A program made the position numbers and the translations under genes. The notes under the pieces are model-generated. The model had not been told where the DNA came from. It saw nothing but the letters and a program-made list of their open reading frames with translations, and did no database searches. Shown here piece by piece: positions 25,223-34,460 of a stretch of DNA of 64,000 bases (its first letter is position 1; each line of letters opens with the position of its first letter). This stretch comes from an uncultured Bacteroidales bacterium (GTDB lineage Bacteria; Bacteroidota; Bacteroidia; Bacteroidales; Paludibacteraceae), in assembly GCA_946535435.1 (NCBI GenBank), contig CAMNDM010000010.1, positions 23,559 through 87,558 on the forward strand, written 5' to 3'.

Positions 25223-25738
25223 ATGGAAACATCAAGAATTTTGTTGCGGCCTTGGCGCGATAGCGATGCCGCAGCATTATATAAGTATGCGACCGACCCG
25301 GAAGTAGGGCCACGGGCAGGTTGGCCACCGCACCAGTCTGAGGCCGAAAGCCTGGAAATAATCCGAACTATATTCCATAACGATTCTACCTGGGCTATTG
25401 AGTTGAAAGAGGCAGGCGAGGCGATAGGAGCTATGGGCTATGGCTCGTCTTGTGAATGTAAACTGCCAGCCCGCCCCGACGAGCCGACGGTAGGGTATTG
25501 GGTGGGGAAGCCCTATTGGAACAAGGGTATTTGCACCGAGGCTCTAGCTTTGCTGATTGAACACATCCGCAGTACAACGGACATCAAGTCGTTAATAAGC
25601 GGACATTTTATAGATAATCCGGCTTCAGGACGGGTGATGGAAAAGTGCGGATTTGTGGACACTGGCGAAACGGCTGAAGACGACAGCCTGTATATGGGTG
25701 CCGGAAAGCCAATCAGGGTGTTGAGGATGGAGTTGTAA
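25223..25738 (+). CDS. GNAT family N-acetyltransferase
   Basis: 171-aa ORF with a RimJ/RimL-like layout (ILLRPWRDSDAAALYKYATDPEV..., YWVGKPYWNKGICTEALALLIEH). Confidence 0.85.
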   Translation: METSRILLRPWRDSDAAALYKYATDPEVGPRAGWPPHQSEAESLEIIRTIFHNDSTWAIELKEAGEAIGAMGYGSSCECKLPARPDEPTVGYWVGKPYWNKGICTEALALLIEHIRSTTDIKSLISGHFIDNPASGRVMEKCGFVDTGETAEDDSLYMGAGKPIRVLRMEL

Positions 25739-26116
25739 AGGTGTATTAAGGAGACTTTAATCTCCTCGCGTGTCAATCCACGGTTTTTCTTTGCTAATAA
25801 TTCTATGACCTTTCTATATCTTTGAGAGTCAATGAATAGTGAACGGAAAAGAAAATACATTTCGTTCCTTAATTGTCCATTTGCAGAAAATAGCAGATTG
25901 TCGACTATAGAAAAACGCTGTATAGGTCAGAAAACGGACTGTAACATACCTTGATGTTTGTTTGATGCTGGACTTGTGGCTGGATCTGAATGTTGGGGAT
26001 TTTTACATTCGCTGATGTTCTATAGGTCATGACTCAAGCTTGAAGAACCAGGGCATCGACTCGCATTGACGGAAAATGGGAGGCAAACTCGTAGAAGGAA
26101 ACCAACTCTAAAACCT

Positions 26117-27310
26117 TCAGGACAGTTTCTGGTCTAACTTCCTTTCCATAAAGGCTGCTTTCGTCTTTAAACAGAAAAGGAAGGTGGCAAGGCAGTGTAT
26201 GGCAAACATCAACAGAAATGCCTGGTGGTAGTCGGTGTACTCGACAACAAGTCCGCCTGCTAAAACTCCGAATCCAATGCCGAGATCCCACGAAGTGAGC
26301 AGGGTAGAGTTGGCTGTTCCGCGTTCGTTGTGGTGGGCAACGCCAATCATCATGTTCTGAAAAGCGGGCCAGAGGTGTCCGTTCCCTAATCCGATGAGCA
26401 GTGCAGAAATGTAGTAACCAACCGGATTTTGGCAAAATACAAACAGGCCGTAGCCGAACGAAGACAGCATCAGTCCCAAACCGCAGTTGCGGGTAATCAG
26501 TCCCTTCTTCAAGGTCCTGTTACCCAACAGCCGGGAGGCAATCAGTCCCGAAGAAAGAATAAGGAAATAGGTGCCTGTGCCGTTGGTGATGCCCAACTTT
26601 TCTTTGCCATAGATGGCCAGATAGTTCGACAACACACCATAGCAGAACCCAACTAACACCACATTGATGCCAATCATCCAACCGCGGGTTAGCAGGAAAC
26701 GGTCTAAAGAAATCTTCGATTTGTTTTTTACAATCTCTTTAAGGGGCACATCGACCATAGAGTCGCAAACCAATCCTACAATAGAAACAGCAAAAGCAAT
26801 CCAGAACAGCCATTCGAAGCTGCCCGTCTGTTGGTAGATGAAAATGCCGATGCTGGGCGCGATGGCGGTGGCGATGTTGTTACTAAGACCGTAAAACCCG
26901 ATGCCTTCGTTGCGCCGGTTCGGAGGAAGCACGTCGATGGCTACTGTGCTGTTGGCCACGGTGCAGGCTCCGAACGGACCACCGTGCAGCGTACGGAACA
27001 AGGTGAAAAGAAAAAGGCTGCCGGCTACCAGGTAGCTGCCCATAAACAGACAATTAGCGGCCAGACACAGCAACAGAACCTTCCTGCGGTTGAAACTGTC
27101 GACGATGTAGCCGCTGAAAGGACGGACCAGCAGGGCGGCGAGGGTGTAGCCCGCCAAAACAACGCCGATGGTGTCTTTTGTGGCTCCAAAATGCTCGCTC
27201 AGATAAATGGGAAGTAGGGGCATGGTGATGTAGAAGGCAAAGTAAAGGCAGAAGTTGGTGACCATTACCTTGTTATAGTTGCTGTTCCACAGTTTACCGT
27301 TGTTGTCCAT
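26117..27310 (-). CDS. MFS transporter
   Basis: 397-aa ORF with about 12 predicted hydrophobic segments and an MFS loop motif (GYIVDSFNRRKV). Confidence 0.85.
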   Translation of the reverse strand: MDNNGKLWNSNYNKVMVTNFCLYFAFYITMPLLPIYLSEHFGATKDTIGVVLAGYTLAALLVRPFSGYIVDSFNRRKVLLLCLAANCLFMGSYLVAGSLFLFTLFRTLHGGPFGACTVANSTVAIDVLPPNRRNEGIGFYGLSNNIATAIAPSIGIFIYQQTGSFEWLFWIAFAVSIVGLVCDSMVDVPLKEIVKNKSKISLDRFLLTRGWMIGINVVLVGFCYGVLSNYLAIYGKEKLGITNGTGTYFLILSSGLIASRLLGNRTLKKGLITRNCGLGLMLSSFGYGLFVFCQNPVGYYISALLIGLGNGHLWPAFQNMMIGVAHHNERGTANSTLLTSWDLGIGFGVLAGGLVVEYTDYHQAFLLMFAIHCLATFLFCLKTKAAFMERKLDQKLS

Positions 27311-27320
27311 GCTTTTTTTG

Positions 27321-27328
27321 CAAAGTTA
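27321..27328 (-). promoter_or_regulatory. putative -7 box (TAnnTTTG) for the MFS gene
   Basis: Plus strand caaagtta is TAACTTTG on the minus strand, 11 nt upstream of the ATG at 27310, implying a very short leader. Confidence 0.45.
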
Positions 27329-27498
27329 CAGATTATTTGTCAGAACATTCCTTTTAAACCTGGAGCCTGTTGCGTGAAACAACCGAAAAAGGAATGAAGG
27401 GCATAATAAAGAAGAAAATACAGCGTTAGATTTTAACGGCATAGCACGAAAAAATCAAGTTCTTGGAACTAAAATTTCATACTTTCAATATAAATGCC

Positions 27499-27506
27499 TA
27501 AATTTG
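27499..27506 (+). promoter_or_regulatory. putative -7 box (TAnnTTTG) for bamD
   Basis: TAAATTTG. Its TTG is the ORF-track start at 27504, and the ATG at 27516 follows. Confidence 0.45.
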
Positions 27507-27515
27507 TATTTTGAA

Positions 27516-28331
27516 ATGAAAGCGAAGTATTTACTCATATTGCTCTGTTCTGTGGTGCTCTTCTCCTCGTGTGGCGAGTACCAGCGCTTGGTGAAAAGTA
27601 CCGACAACGACTTGAAATTCGCCAAGGCGAAGGAATATTATGAAAAGGGGAAGTACCTCGAGGCTTGCACACTGCTTGAGGCTGTGGTTGTTCCGTTCCG
27701 AGGCACGCAAAAAGGAGAGGAAGCCCTTTATTTGTTGGGTAGCGCACACTACAAAAACAGGGACTACATTTCGGCTTTGAGCTATTTTTCGGGCTATATG
27801 CGCAGTTATCCGCGGGGCGACTTTGCCGAGGAATCGCAATTCCACATCGGTTTGTGCTATTATAAAGACTCGCCAGAGGCTAAGCTCGACCAGGTTGGCA
27901 CCCGGAAGGCTATAACCGAATTCGATAAGTTTTTGAAGGGATTCCCCCGCAGCCAGCATGTTGCCGAAGTGGAAAGCAAAAGGCAGGAGTTGAACGACAA
28001 ACTGGCCTACAAAGCCTACCTCAATTCTCGCCTCTATTACCGTTTGGGTAATTACCAAGGCAACAATTACCGCTCGTGTGTGATTTCTGCCACTAACGCT
28101 TTACGTGAGTTCCCCGAGAGCATTTACCGGGAAGAACTTTCCTTCCTCATCCTGAAGGCTAAGTACAAACAGGCGGTAGAAAGTGTGGAGAGCAAAAAAC
28201 AAGACCGTTTCCACGACACGATCGACGAGTACTACAACTTTATGCAGGAATATCCTGAGTCTACCTACAAAAAGGAGGCTGCGGAAATTCTTGCTGACTC
28301 ACAGAAACATGTGGGGATTGAAAAGAAATAA
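27516..28331 (+). CDS. bamD: outer membrane protein assembly factor BamD (TPR lipoprotein)
   Basis: Lipobox LFSSC and TPR-like repeats. It sits in the conserved Bacteroidota position upstream of the rpoZ-like gene and coaBC. Confidence 0.8.
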   Translation: MKAKYLLILLCSVVLFSSCGEYQRLVKSTDNDLKFAKAKEYYEKGKYLEACTLLEAVVVPFRGTQKGEEALYLLGSAHYKNRDYISALSYFSGYMRSYPRGDFAEESQFHIGLCYYKDSPEAKLDQVGTRKAITEFDKFLKGFPRSQHVAEVESKRQELNDKLAYKAYLNSRLYYRLGNYQGNNYRSCVISATNALREFPESIYREELSFLILKAKYKQAVESVESKKQDRFHDTIDEYYNFMQEYPESTYKKEAAEILADSQKHVGIEKK

Positions 28332-28353
28332 AAATAAAATTCAATAATATAAC

Positions 28354-28689
28354 ATGGATTACAAAAAGCTTAATGCTCCAAACACCACCATCACCCGCGA
28401 CTTGAACTCGATGTGCGGCGACACCAACATCTACGAGGTGGTCAATGTAATTGCAAAACGTGCTAACCAGATTGCTGTTGAGATTAAGAGCGAACTGGAC
28501 AAAAAGTTGCAGGAATTTGCAGCTGTGAACGATAATTTGGAAGAGGTTTTTGAAAACCGCGAGCAGATTGAAATTTCTTGCTTCTACGAGCGTCTGCCAA
28601 AGCCTACCCTTATCGCAACCCAAGAGTTTATCGAGGGCAAGCTCGCTTACCGTTTGGCTGGTAAGAAGGGCGTGAACATCGACAAATAA
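28354..28689 (+). CDS. rpoZ: DNA-directed RNA polymerase subunit omega (Bacteroidota type)
   Basis: 111 aa. The sequence NIYEVVNVIAKRANQIAVEIK...LEEVFENREQIEIS...LPKPTLIATQEF matches the remembered Bacteroidota omega/Rpb6-like sequence and its synteny. Confidence 0.75.
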   Translation: MDYKKLNAPNTTITRDLNSMCGDTNIYEVVNVIAKRANQIAVEIKSELDKKLQEFAAVNDNLEEVFENREQIEISCFYERLPKPTLIATQEFIEGKLAYRLAGKKGVNIDK

Positions 28690-28802
28690 ATAGCCTGCTG
28701 GTTCTTACACCTGCTGGTACACCCGGTTATAAAAGATAAAGCACGCCTCCAAACAGAGTCGCCCTTTATCTTTTTTTGTTATTGTTAACTTACACTTCAC
28801 CT

Positions 28803-30008
28803 ATGCTGAAAGGTAAAAATATCTTGTTGGGTATAACGGGAGGCATTGCTGCCTACAAATGTGCGGCTTTGGCCCGGCTGTTGGTCAAACAGGGTTGCGA
28901 TGTTAAGGTGGTGATGACTCCGCTGGCACGCCAGTTCGTCACCCCGCTCTCTATGGCAACCGTCACCCGTCACCCCATACTGGTCGATTTCTTCAACCCT
29001 GAAAATGGAGAGTGGAACAGCCATGTGAGCCTCGGCTTGTGGGCCGATGCCTACCTCATTGCTCCGGCTACCGCCAATTCTCTGGGAAAGATGGCCAACG
29101 GCATTGCCGATAACCTCCTTCTCACCAGTTACCTGTCGGCTCGGTGCCCTGTGTTCGTGGCTCCGGCTATGGACCTCGATATGTATGCGCACAAAGCCGT
29201 GCAGCGCAATCTTGATGTCCTTCGTTCCGATGGGGTTCACATCATAGAACCGGAATCGGGTTTCTTGGCTAGCGGACTCGAAGGAAAGGGCCGTATGGCA
29301 GAACCGGAGACGATCGTCTCAAGTCTCGACGCGTTCTTCTCCGAACAACAGGACTTGACCGGTAAAACAGTGATGATAACGGCCGGCCCTACCTATGAAA
29401 AAATAGATCCGGTGCGTTTTATCGGTAACTACAGTAGCGGAAAGATGGGGTTTGCCCTTGCTGAAGAATGTGCCAGACGTGGTGCGGTTGTCAAACTGGT
29501 GGCTGGCCCTGTGTCGCTGAAGACGGTCTCTCCTAACATTGAGCGTATCGATGTGGAAAGTGCACAGCAAATGTTCGATGTGGCTGTTTCCCTGTCTGAT
29601 GTGGCCGATGTTGAAATCTTGTGTGCTGCTGTTGCCGATTATCGTGTCGCACAACAGGCCGAACATAAGCTTAAACGCGAAAAAACAGGTGCTATGACTT
29701 TGGAACTGGTTCCTAATCCGGATATCGCGGCCGAATTGGGACGACGCAAGCGCAACGGACAGTTGATGATTGGCTTCGCTTTGGAAACTGACGATGAACA
29801 GCAGAACGCTGCCTCCAAATGTGAACGGAAGAATCTCGACTTTATCGTCTTGAACTCGCTGCGCGACAAGAACGCCGGATTCCGTTACGACACCAATAAG
29901 GTCACCATCCTTGACCGAAACGGAGAGGTGACTCCTTATGAACTGAAAAGCAAGGCCCTGGTGGCTAAAGATATTATTGATTACGCCTTAAAGAAACTGA
30001 CGAAATGA
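28803..30008 (+). CDS. coaBC: bifunctional phosphopantothenoylcysteine decarboxylase / phosphopantothenate--cysteine ligase
   Basis: Flavoprotein motif GITGGIAAYK and CoaB motif GPTYEKIDPVRFIGNYSSGKMG. I trimmed the start from the TTG at 28776 to the ATG at 28803. Confidence 0.95.
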   Translation: MLKGKNILLGITGGIAAYKCAALARLLVKQGCDVKVVMTPLARQFVTPLSMATVTRHPILVDFFNPENGEWNSHVSLGLWADAYLIAPATANSLGKMANGIADNLLLTSYLSARCPVFVAPAMDLDMYAHKAVQRNLDVLRSDGVHIIEPESGFLASGLEGKGRMAEPETIVSSLDAFFSEQQDLTGKTVMITAGPTYEKIDPVRFIGNYSSGKMGFALAEECARRGAVVKLVAGPVSLKTVSPNIERIDVESAQQMFDVAVSLSDVADVEILCAAVADYRVAQQAEHKLKREKTGAMTLELVPNPDIAAELGRRKRNGQLMIGFALETDDEQQNAASKCERKNLDFIVLNSLRDKNAGFRYDTNKVTILDRNGEVTPYELKSKALVAKDIIDYALKKLTK

Positions 30009-30901
30009 AACACAAACTGATTATAGCGTTGCTTGGCTTCCTCGCATCGGCGGGTGCGCAGGCTCAAGAGTTGAATGCGCGTGTGGAAGTGAACACCCAG
30101 CAACTGGAAGGTACGAATAAAGACGTTTTCTCTACTTTGCAGAGCGATTTGGGCGAGTACATCAATTCGCATAAGTGGACCGATGCAGTCTTCAATAACG
30201 AGGAACGAATCGAATGCACGTTTATTCTGACTATCGATAACGTGTCTGGTAACTCTATGAGCGGTAGCTTGCAGATATCGGCGTCGCGCACGGTCTACAA
30301 CTCCAGTTACGCTACTCCTATCTTCAATTTTAAAGACAACAACTTCACGTTTAACTATGCTCAATACGACAAACTTGAGTTTAACGATAATGCGTACGAG
30401 TCGAACCTGATGTCGGTGATGGCTTTCTATTGTTATGTCGTCTTGGGAATCGACTTCGATACTTTTAGCCGCTTTGGCGGACAAAAGTATTTTGAAAAGG
30501 CAGAAACGGTGGCTGCTCTCGCACGCTCTAGCGAAGACGAGGGTTGGCAGGCCTACAAGAGCGACAACAACCGCTACGCCCTTATCTCGAACTATATGGA
30601 TAGTAATCTGCGTGGACTGCGCGAGATGTTTTACGATTACCACCGGCTCGGCTTGGATATGATGAGCCAAAATGTGGAGAATGGTAAATCCCAGATATTG
30701 TCGGTGTTGCCAAGCTTGCAGACGATGAACAGCGCAAAACCTTTCTCGGTGGCTCTGCAGAACTTTGCAGAATGCAAACTTAACGAACTGGTTGACATGT
30801 TCCGCAATTCGTCGGCCAGCGACAAGCAAAAGGTGTACGACATCCTTTCGGCTGTGTTGCCTACCCAAACAAATAAAATGAAGGACCTTACTTCTAACTA
30901 A
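30005..30901 (+). CDS. DUF4835 family protein (T9SS PorD-like)
   Basis: 298 aa with a signal peptide, overlapping the coaBC stop by 4 nt. The family call comes from remembered sequence style and the coaBC-DUF4835-recN synteny. Confidence 0.6.
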   Translation: MKHKLIIALLGFLASAGAQAQELNARVEVNTQQLEGTNKDVFSTLQSDLGEYINSHKWTDAVFNNEERIECTFILTIDNVSGNSMSGSLQISASRTVYNSSYATPIFNFKDNNFTFNYAQYDKLEFNDNAYESNLMSVMAFYCYVVLGIDFDTFSRFGGQKYFEKAETVAALARSSEDEGWQAYKSDNNRYALISNYMDSNLRGLREMFYDYHRLGLDMMSQNVENGKSQILSVLPSLQTMNSAKPFSVALQNFAECKLNELVDMFRNSSASDKQKVYDILSAVLPTQTNKMKDLTSN

Positions 30902-30915
30902 TTCCTCCGCTTGTT

Positions 30916-32577
30916 ATGCTGAAAAAACTTACCATTGATAATTATGCGCTTATAGAGCATACTTGTATCGACTTCTCGGATGGTTTTTCGGTTATCACTG
31001 GTGAAACGGGTGCGGGAAAGTCTATTATGTTGGGCGCCTTGGGGCTGTTGTTGGGTCAGCGTGCCGATGTAGGTGTGCTGCGTGTGCCCGATGCCAAGTG
31101 TGTGGCCGAGGCCGTTTTTGACATCGGCGACTATAGCCTGCAGCCTTTTTTCGAGGAAAACGACCTTGACTACGACGACGAGTGTGTTGTCCGCCGTGAA
31201 ATTGCTCCCAATGGGAAAAGCCGCGCTTTTGTGAACGATACGCCTGTGGTGTTGTCTGTTCTGAAGTCTTTGGGAGACCACTTGCTCGACATTCACTCGC
31301 AACACCAGAACCTGCTGCTCAGTAATGCCGGCTTCCAACTGAAGGTGGTTGACGTGGTGGCTGGATCTGACGAACTGCTGAAACAGTATAAGGAAAAATA
31401 TGTGTTGTACAGACACGGTCTTGTACAACTGAAAAAACTGACCGATGCTGCTAGCAAAGGGGCCTCCGATACAGAATACATCCAGTTCCAGTTCAACCAG
31501 TTGAATGATGCCAACCTGAGGGCGGACGAGTTGCAGGAACTGGAGGCAGAGCAAAGCACCCTTTCGAATGCGGAATCAATAAAGGAGGGGCTTTCTAGGG
31601 CGCTTTGGCTGATTAGCGAAGGCGATAGTGGCAACGTTTTGTCGAACCTGAAAGAGGCCGTCTCTGCGCTTTCGTCGGTTGCAGGTGCCTACCAGCGTGT
31701 GAAGGACGACATCGACCGCTTGAATGGTTCTCTTATTGAACTGAAGGATGTGGCTCATGAACTCGAGTCGGAGCAAAACAGTGTTGAGGCCAATCCCGAA
31801 CGCCTTGAGCAAGTCGATGCGCGACTCAGTCTGCTCTATTCTTTGCTTCAGAAACACAAAGTGGAGAGTGTTGGCGAACTTATTGCCTTGCGCGACTCTT
31901 TCGAAAAGCAGCTGACGCAGTTCGATTCTTACGATGAGGACATAGCTGCATTGAAAAAACAGTTGGCCCAGCAGCAGGCAGAACTGAAACAGCTTGCCGT
32001 TAGGTTGTCCGATTTGAGGAAAAAGGCCGCTCCTGGGTTGGAACACGAACTGGAAGAACTGTTACATACCCTTGGCATGCCAAACGCACACATAAAGGTT
32101 GCTTTCGAGACCTCGGCGTCTCTTTTAGATACGGGCGTTGACGAGGTCACGTTCCTTTTTTCGGCCAATAAAGACCGTACTTTGCTGCCTATTGCCTCGA
32201 TTGCCTCTGGCGGAGAAATGGCCAGGGTAATGCTCAGCTTGAAGTCGGTGCTCTCGCGGTCGCTGGGTATGCCAACCATTATTTTCGATGAAATCGATAC
32301 GGGCGTGTCGGGCGATATCGCGGCTAAGATGGGGGCTATTATGCAACAAATGGGCCGGTATATGCAGGTTGTCAGCATAACCCATCTGCCACAAATTGCG
32401 GCAAAGGGCTCTTCGCACTATATGGTATATAAAGAAGATACCGACGATTCTACGGTGTCGCATATAAGGCGTCTCTCTGAAGAGGAACGCGTCGGCCAAT
32501 TGGCCCGGATGCTCAGTGGTGACCAACTGACGGAAGCCGCCATACAGAATGCGAGGGAACTGCTGAAGGCAAATTGA
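30916..32577 (+). CDS. recN: DNA repair protein RecN
   Basis: 553 aa with Walker A GETGAGKS, a long coiled-coil middle region, the signature ASGGEMARV and IFDEIDTGVSG. Confidence 0.95.
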   Translation: MLKKLTIDNYALIEHTCIDFSDGFSVITGETGAGKSIMLGALGLLLGQRADVGVLRVPDAKCVAEAVFDIGDYSLQPFFEENDLDYDDECVVRREIAPNGKSRAFVNDTPVVLSVLKSLGDHLLDIHSQHQNLLLSNAGFQLKVVDVVAGSDELLKQYKEKYVLYRHGLVQLKKLTDAASKGASDTEYIQFQFNQLNDANLRADELQELEAEQSTLSNAESIKEGLSRALWLISEGDSGNVLSNLKEAVSALSSVAGAYQRVKDDIDRLNGSLIELKDVAHELESEQNSVEANPERLEQVDARLSLLYSLLQKHKVESVGELIALRDSFEKQLTQFDSYDEDIAALKKQLAQQQAELKQLAVRLSDLRKKAAPGLEHELEELLHTLGMPNAHIKVAFETSASLLDTGVDEVTFLFSANKDRTLLPIASIASGGEMARVMLSLKSVLSRSLGMPTIIFDEIDTGVSGDIAAKMGAIMQQMGRYMQVVSITHLPQIAAKGSSHYMVYKEDTDDSTVSHIRRLSEEERVGQLARMLSGDQLTEAAIQNARELLKAN

Positions 32578-32610
32578 TGCCGGTTTTCTGAAAGTCTTAT
32601 TTAACGGTTG

Positions 32611-33768
32611 ATGCATCCTGGAAAGCAGAACATATCCATTCTCCTGACTGCATTGTCGCTGTTGGTCGCCCCCGCAGCGGGAGCTTTTTCGCCTGATAGC
32701 GCGGCTGTTGATGTCCGTGTTAACGACACGTTGGCTGTAGAAATGCCAGCCCCTGATACCCCTGTGGCAGACCATCCCTTCTCGATAGACGAGTTTGCCG
32801 ATGATGTGGATATTTTTGCCGAGGCCTATATACAGCCCAGCTACGACGACCCCATCATAGAAGTGGGAACCACAGTCTTGAATCCGACCTATTCTATCAA
32901 TCCAATGCTCGACAGCCGAATAGACTTTACTACCGGCGTACAAACTTTCCTTACCGCCAATTTGAACTGGAAATGGCTTAGAGTAGGGTATTCTTACCCG
33001 TTGGCAGACTATACACATGGTTACGATTTCACGTTCAGCCCCAGAATCGCCAATTTCCTGATTGATTTGGGAATATCGAATATCCGTAACTATAAATTGC
33101 TGGACCCGGACCGTTATGCCGAGAAAATTGGCGAGAACGTTGAAGACGTACAGTTAGACGGATTGGAAACTTTTGAGTGGAAATGTAACTTGGAATGGAT
33201 TATGAATCCCACCTACTTTTCTGCAAGTTCGGCTTTCTCGCAGTCCTATTCCTGCGGCCAGCGTGTCAGTGCCGGTTCCGTACTTTGTGGGGTAGCGTTC
33301 GGTGAGAACCGTTTCAAACTGAACCCGAGTAGCTCGAGGTCGGAAAAGGCAAATGAGATTCTAAGCCAGTTGCCTACGGAGGATAACCGAATTCTGAATG
33401 CTTCCCTCGGTTGCGGATACGGCTATAATTTTGTGGTGAGGCAGGGACAGTTTGTGATAGGTACGCTGTTGGTCCCTTACCTGACTGGAGCCCGCTCGTC
33501 GTACCAACTTTCGGGACAAAACAGGGTGCGCTTCTGTTATGGCGGACGTACACATGGCAGAATTAACTGTGTCTACCAGCACAAGTATGGATTCATTTTG
33601 TTGTCAACCAACTGGCGCGGACTCTTTTTATACGATACCGGTTTTTCGTATCTTCAGAATATCTTTTCGGCCGACTTGAGTTTCTCGTTGAAATTAGGAG
33701 AAGTGGGCATTCACCATAAACAGATACCCGGGCACCAACTGATCGACTTTGTGGATAAGATTTTCTGA
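32611..33768 (+). CDS. hypothetical secreted protein, possibly an outer-membrane beta-barrel (DUF4421-like?)
   Basis: Signal peptide ISILLTALSLLVAPAAGA and aromatic-rich alternating segments. I set the start at the ATG at 32611, one codon after the ORF-track TTG. Confidence 0.55.
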   Translation: MHPGKQNISILLTALSLLVAPAAGAFSPDSAAVDVRVNDTLAVEMPAPDTPVADHPFSIDEFADDVDIFAEAYIQPSYDDPIIEVGTTVLNPTYSINPMLDSRIDFTTGVQTFLTANLNWKWLRVGYSYPLADYTHGYDFTFSPRIANFLIDLGISNIRNYKLLDPDRYAEKIGENVEDVQLDGLETFEWKCNLEWIMNPTYFSASSAFSQSYSCGQRVSAGSVLCGVAFGENRFKLNPSSSRSEKANEILSQLPTEDNRILNASLGCGYGYNFVVRQGQFVIGTLLVPYLTGARSSYQLSGQNRVRFCYGGRTHGRINCVYQHKYGFILLSTNWRGLFLYDTGFSYLQNIFSADLSFSLKLGEVGIHHKQIPGHQLIDFVDKIF

Positions 33769-33895
33769 AAAATGTAGCCTCTCCCGTACTATTTGCTCAC
33801 AGACAAAATACGTCTTGCGCTTTCCGGCATCGCCAATTTTTGGACTTGGCAATGAAATTTAAGGGGGAAAAATTGAATTTAATATAAGTTTATTC

Positions 33896-33903
33896 TATAT
33901 TTG
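33896..33903 (+). promoter_or_regulatory. putative -7 box (TAnnTTTG) upstream of the DUF4377-like gene
   Basis: TATATTTG lies 124 nt upstream of the ATG at 34027, which implies a long leader, so support is weak. Confidence 0.3.
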
Positions 33904-34026
33904 TAAGGCATTATCGCAAACAGCGTTTTTTTATGGCCTGCCATTTTGGAAAGGCACTCAAATAAACGTTCGTGTAAAACTTATGTTAATCAATTTATTT
34001 AAAACGACTAAAACACAATTAGCTAT

Positions 34027-34392
34027 ATGAAAAAGTTGTTCGTGTCTCTTTTGATGGCTTTGGCATTTGCTCCGTCATTCGCTGGCGATTATATGAAAGT
34101 TGCCGAAAAGTATGTTATTACACCAGACTATCAGCGCTGTTTCAATGTGAAGCCTGGTTATAGCCGTAAAGATAACACTCCATGGACTCCGTATTGTGGA
34201 AAAATCAACAACTTCTACTACGAAGAGGGTTATGAATACACCATCATGGTGGAAAAATATGATTTGAATCTGCCAGAACTTACTGTTACCAAGACGCTCG
34301 CACGCGACAATTCGTCTTATTACAAACGCTTGCAGCACAAGAAGGATTCAATTAAGGCTGCACGTGCAGCGGCTGCTAAGGCAGGCAAGTAA
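34027..34392 (+). CDS. small secreted protein, DUF4377-like
   Basis: 121 aa with a signal peptide. The segment C..VKPG......PW.PYCGKINNFYYEEGYEYTIMVEKYD resembles the DUF4377 pattern, and the tail is Lys/Ala-rich. Confidence 0.55.
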   Translation: MKKLFVSLLMALAFAPSFAGDYMKVAEKYVITPDYQRCFNVKPGYSRKDNTPWTPYCGKINNFYYEEGYEYTIMVEKYDLNLPELTVTKTLARDNSSYYKRLQHKKDSIKAARAAAAKAGK

Positions 34393-34460
34393 GTCAATAG
34401 GATAAACAGATAAGAAAAGGAGGAAGCCTGTCTTTCTCCTTTTTTAATGCATATACTGAG

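Noticed and set aside
33964-33973. aaacgttcgt matches the ARACGTWCGT inverted-repeat core of Bacteroides invertible promoters (phase variation).
   Set aside because: I found only one copy and no inverted partner flanking the nearby -7 box. A degenerate 10-mer like this is expected by chance about once in two 64-kb windows when both strands are considered.
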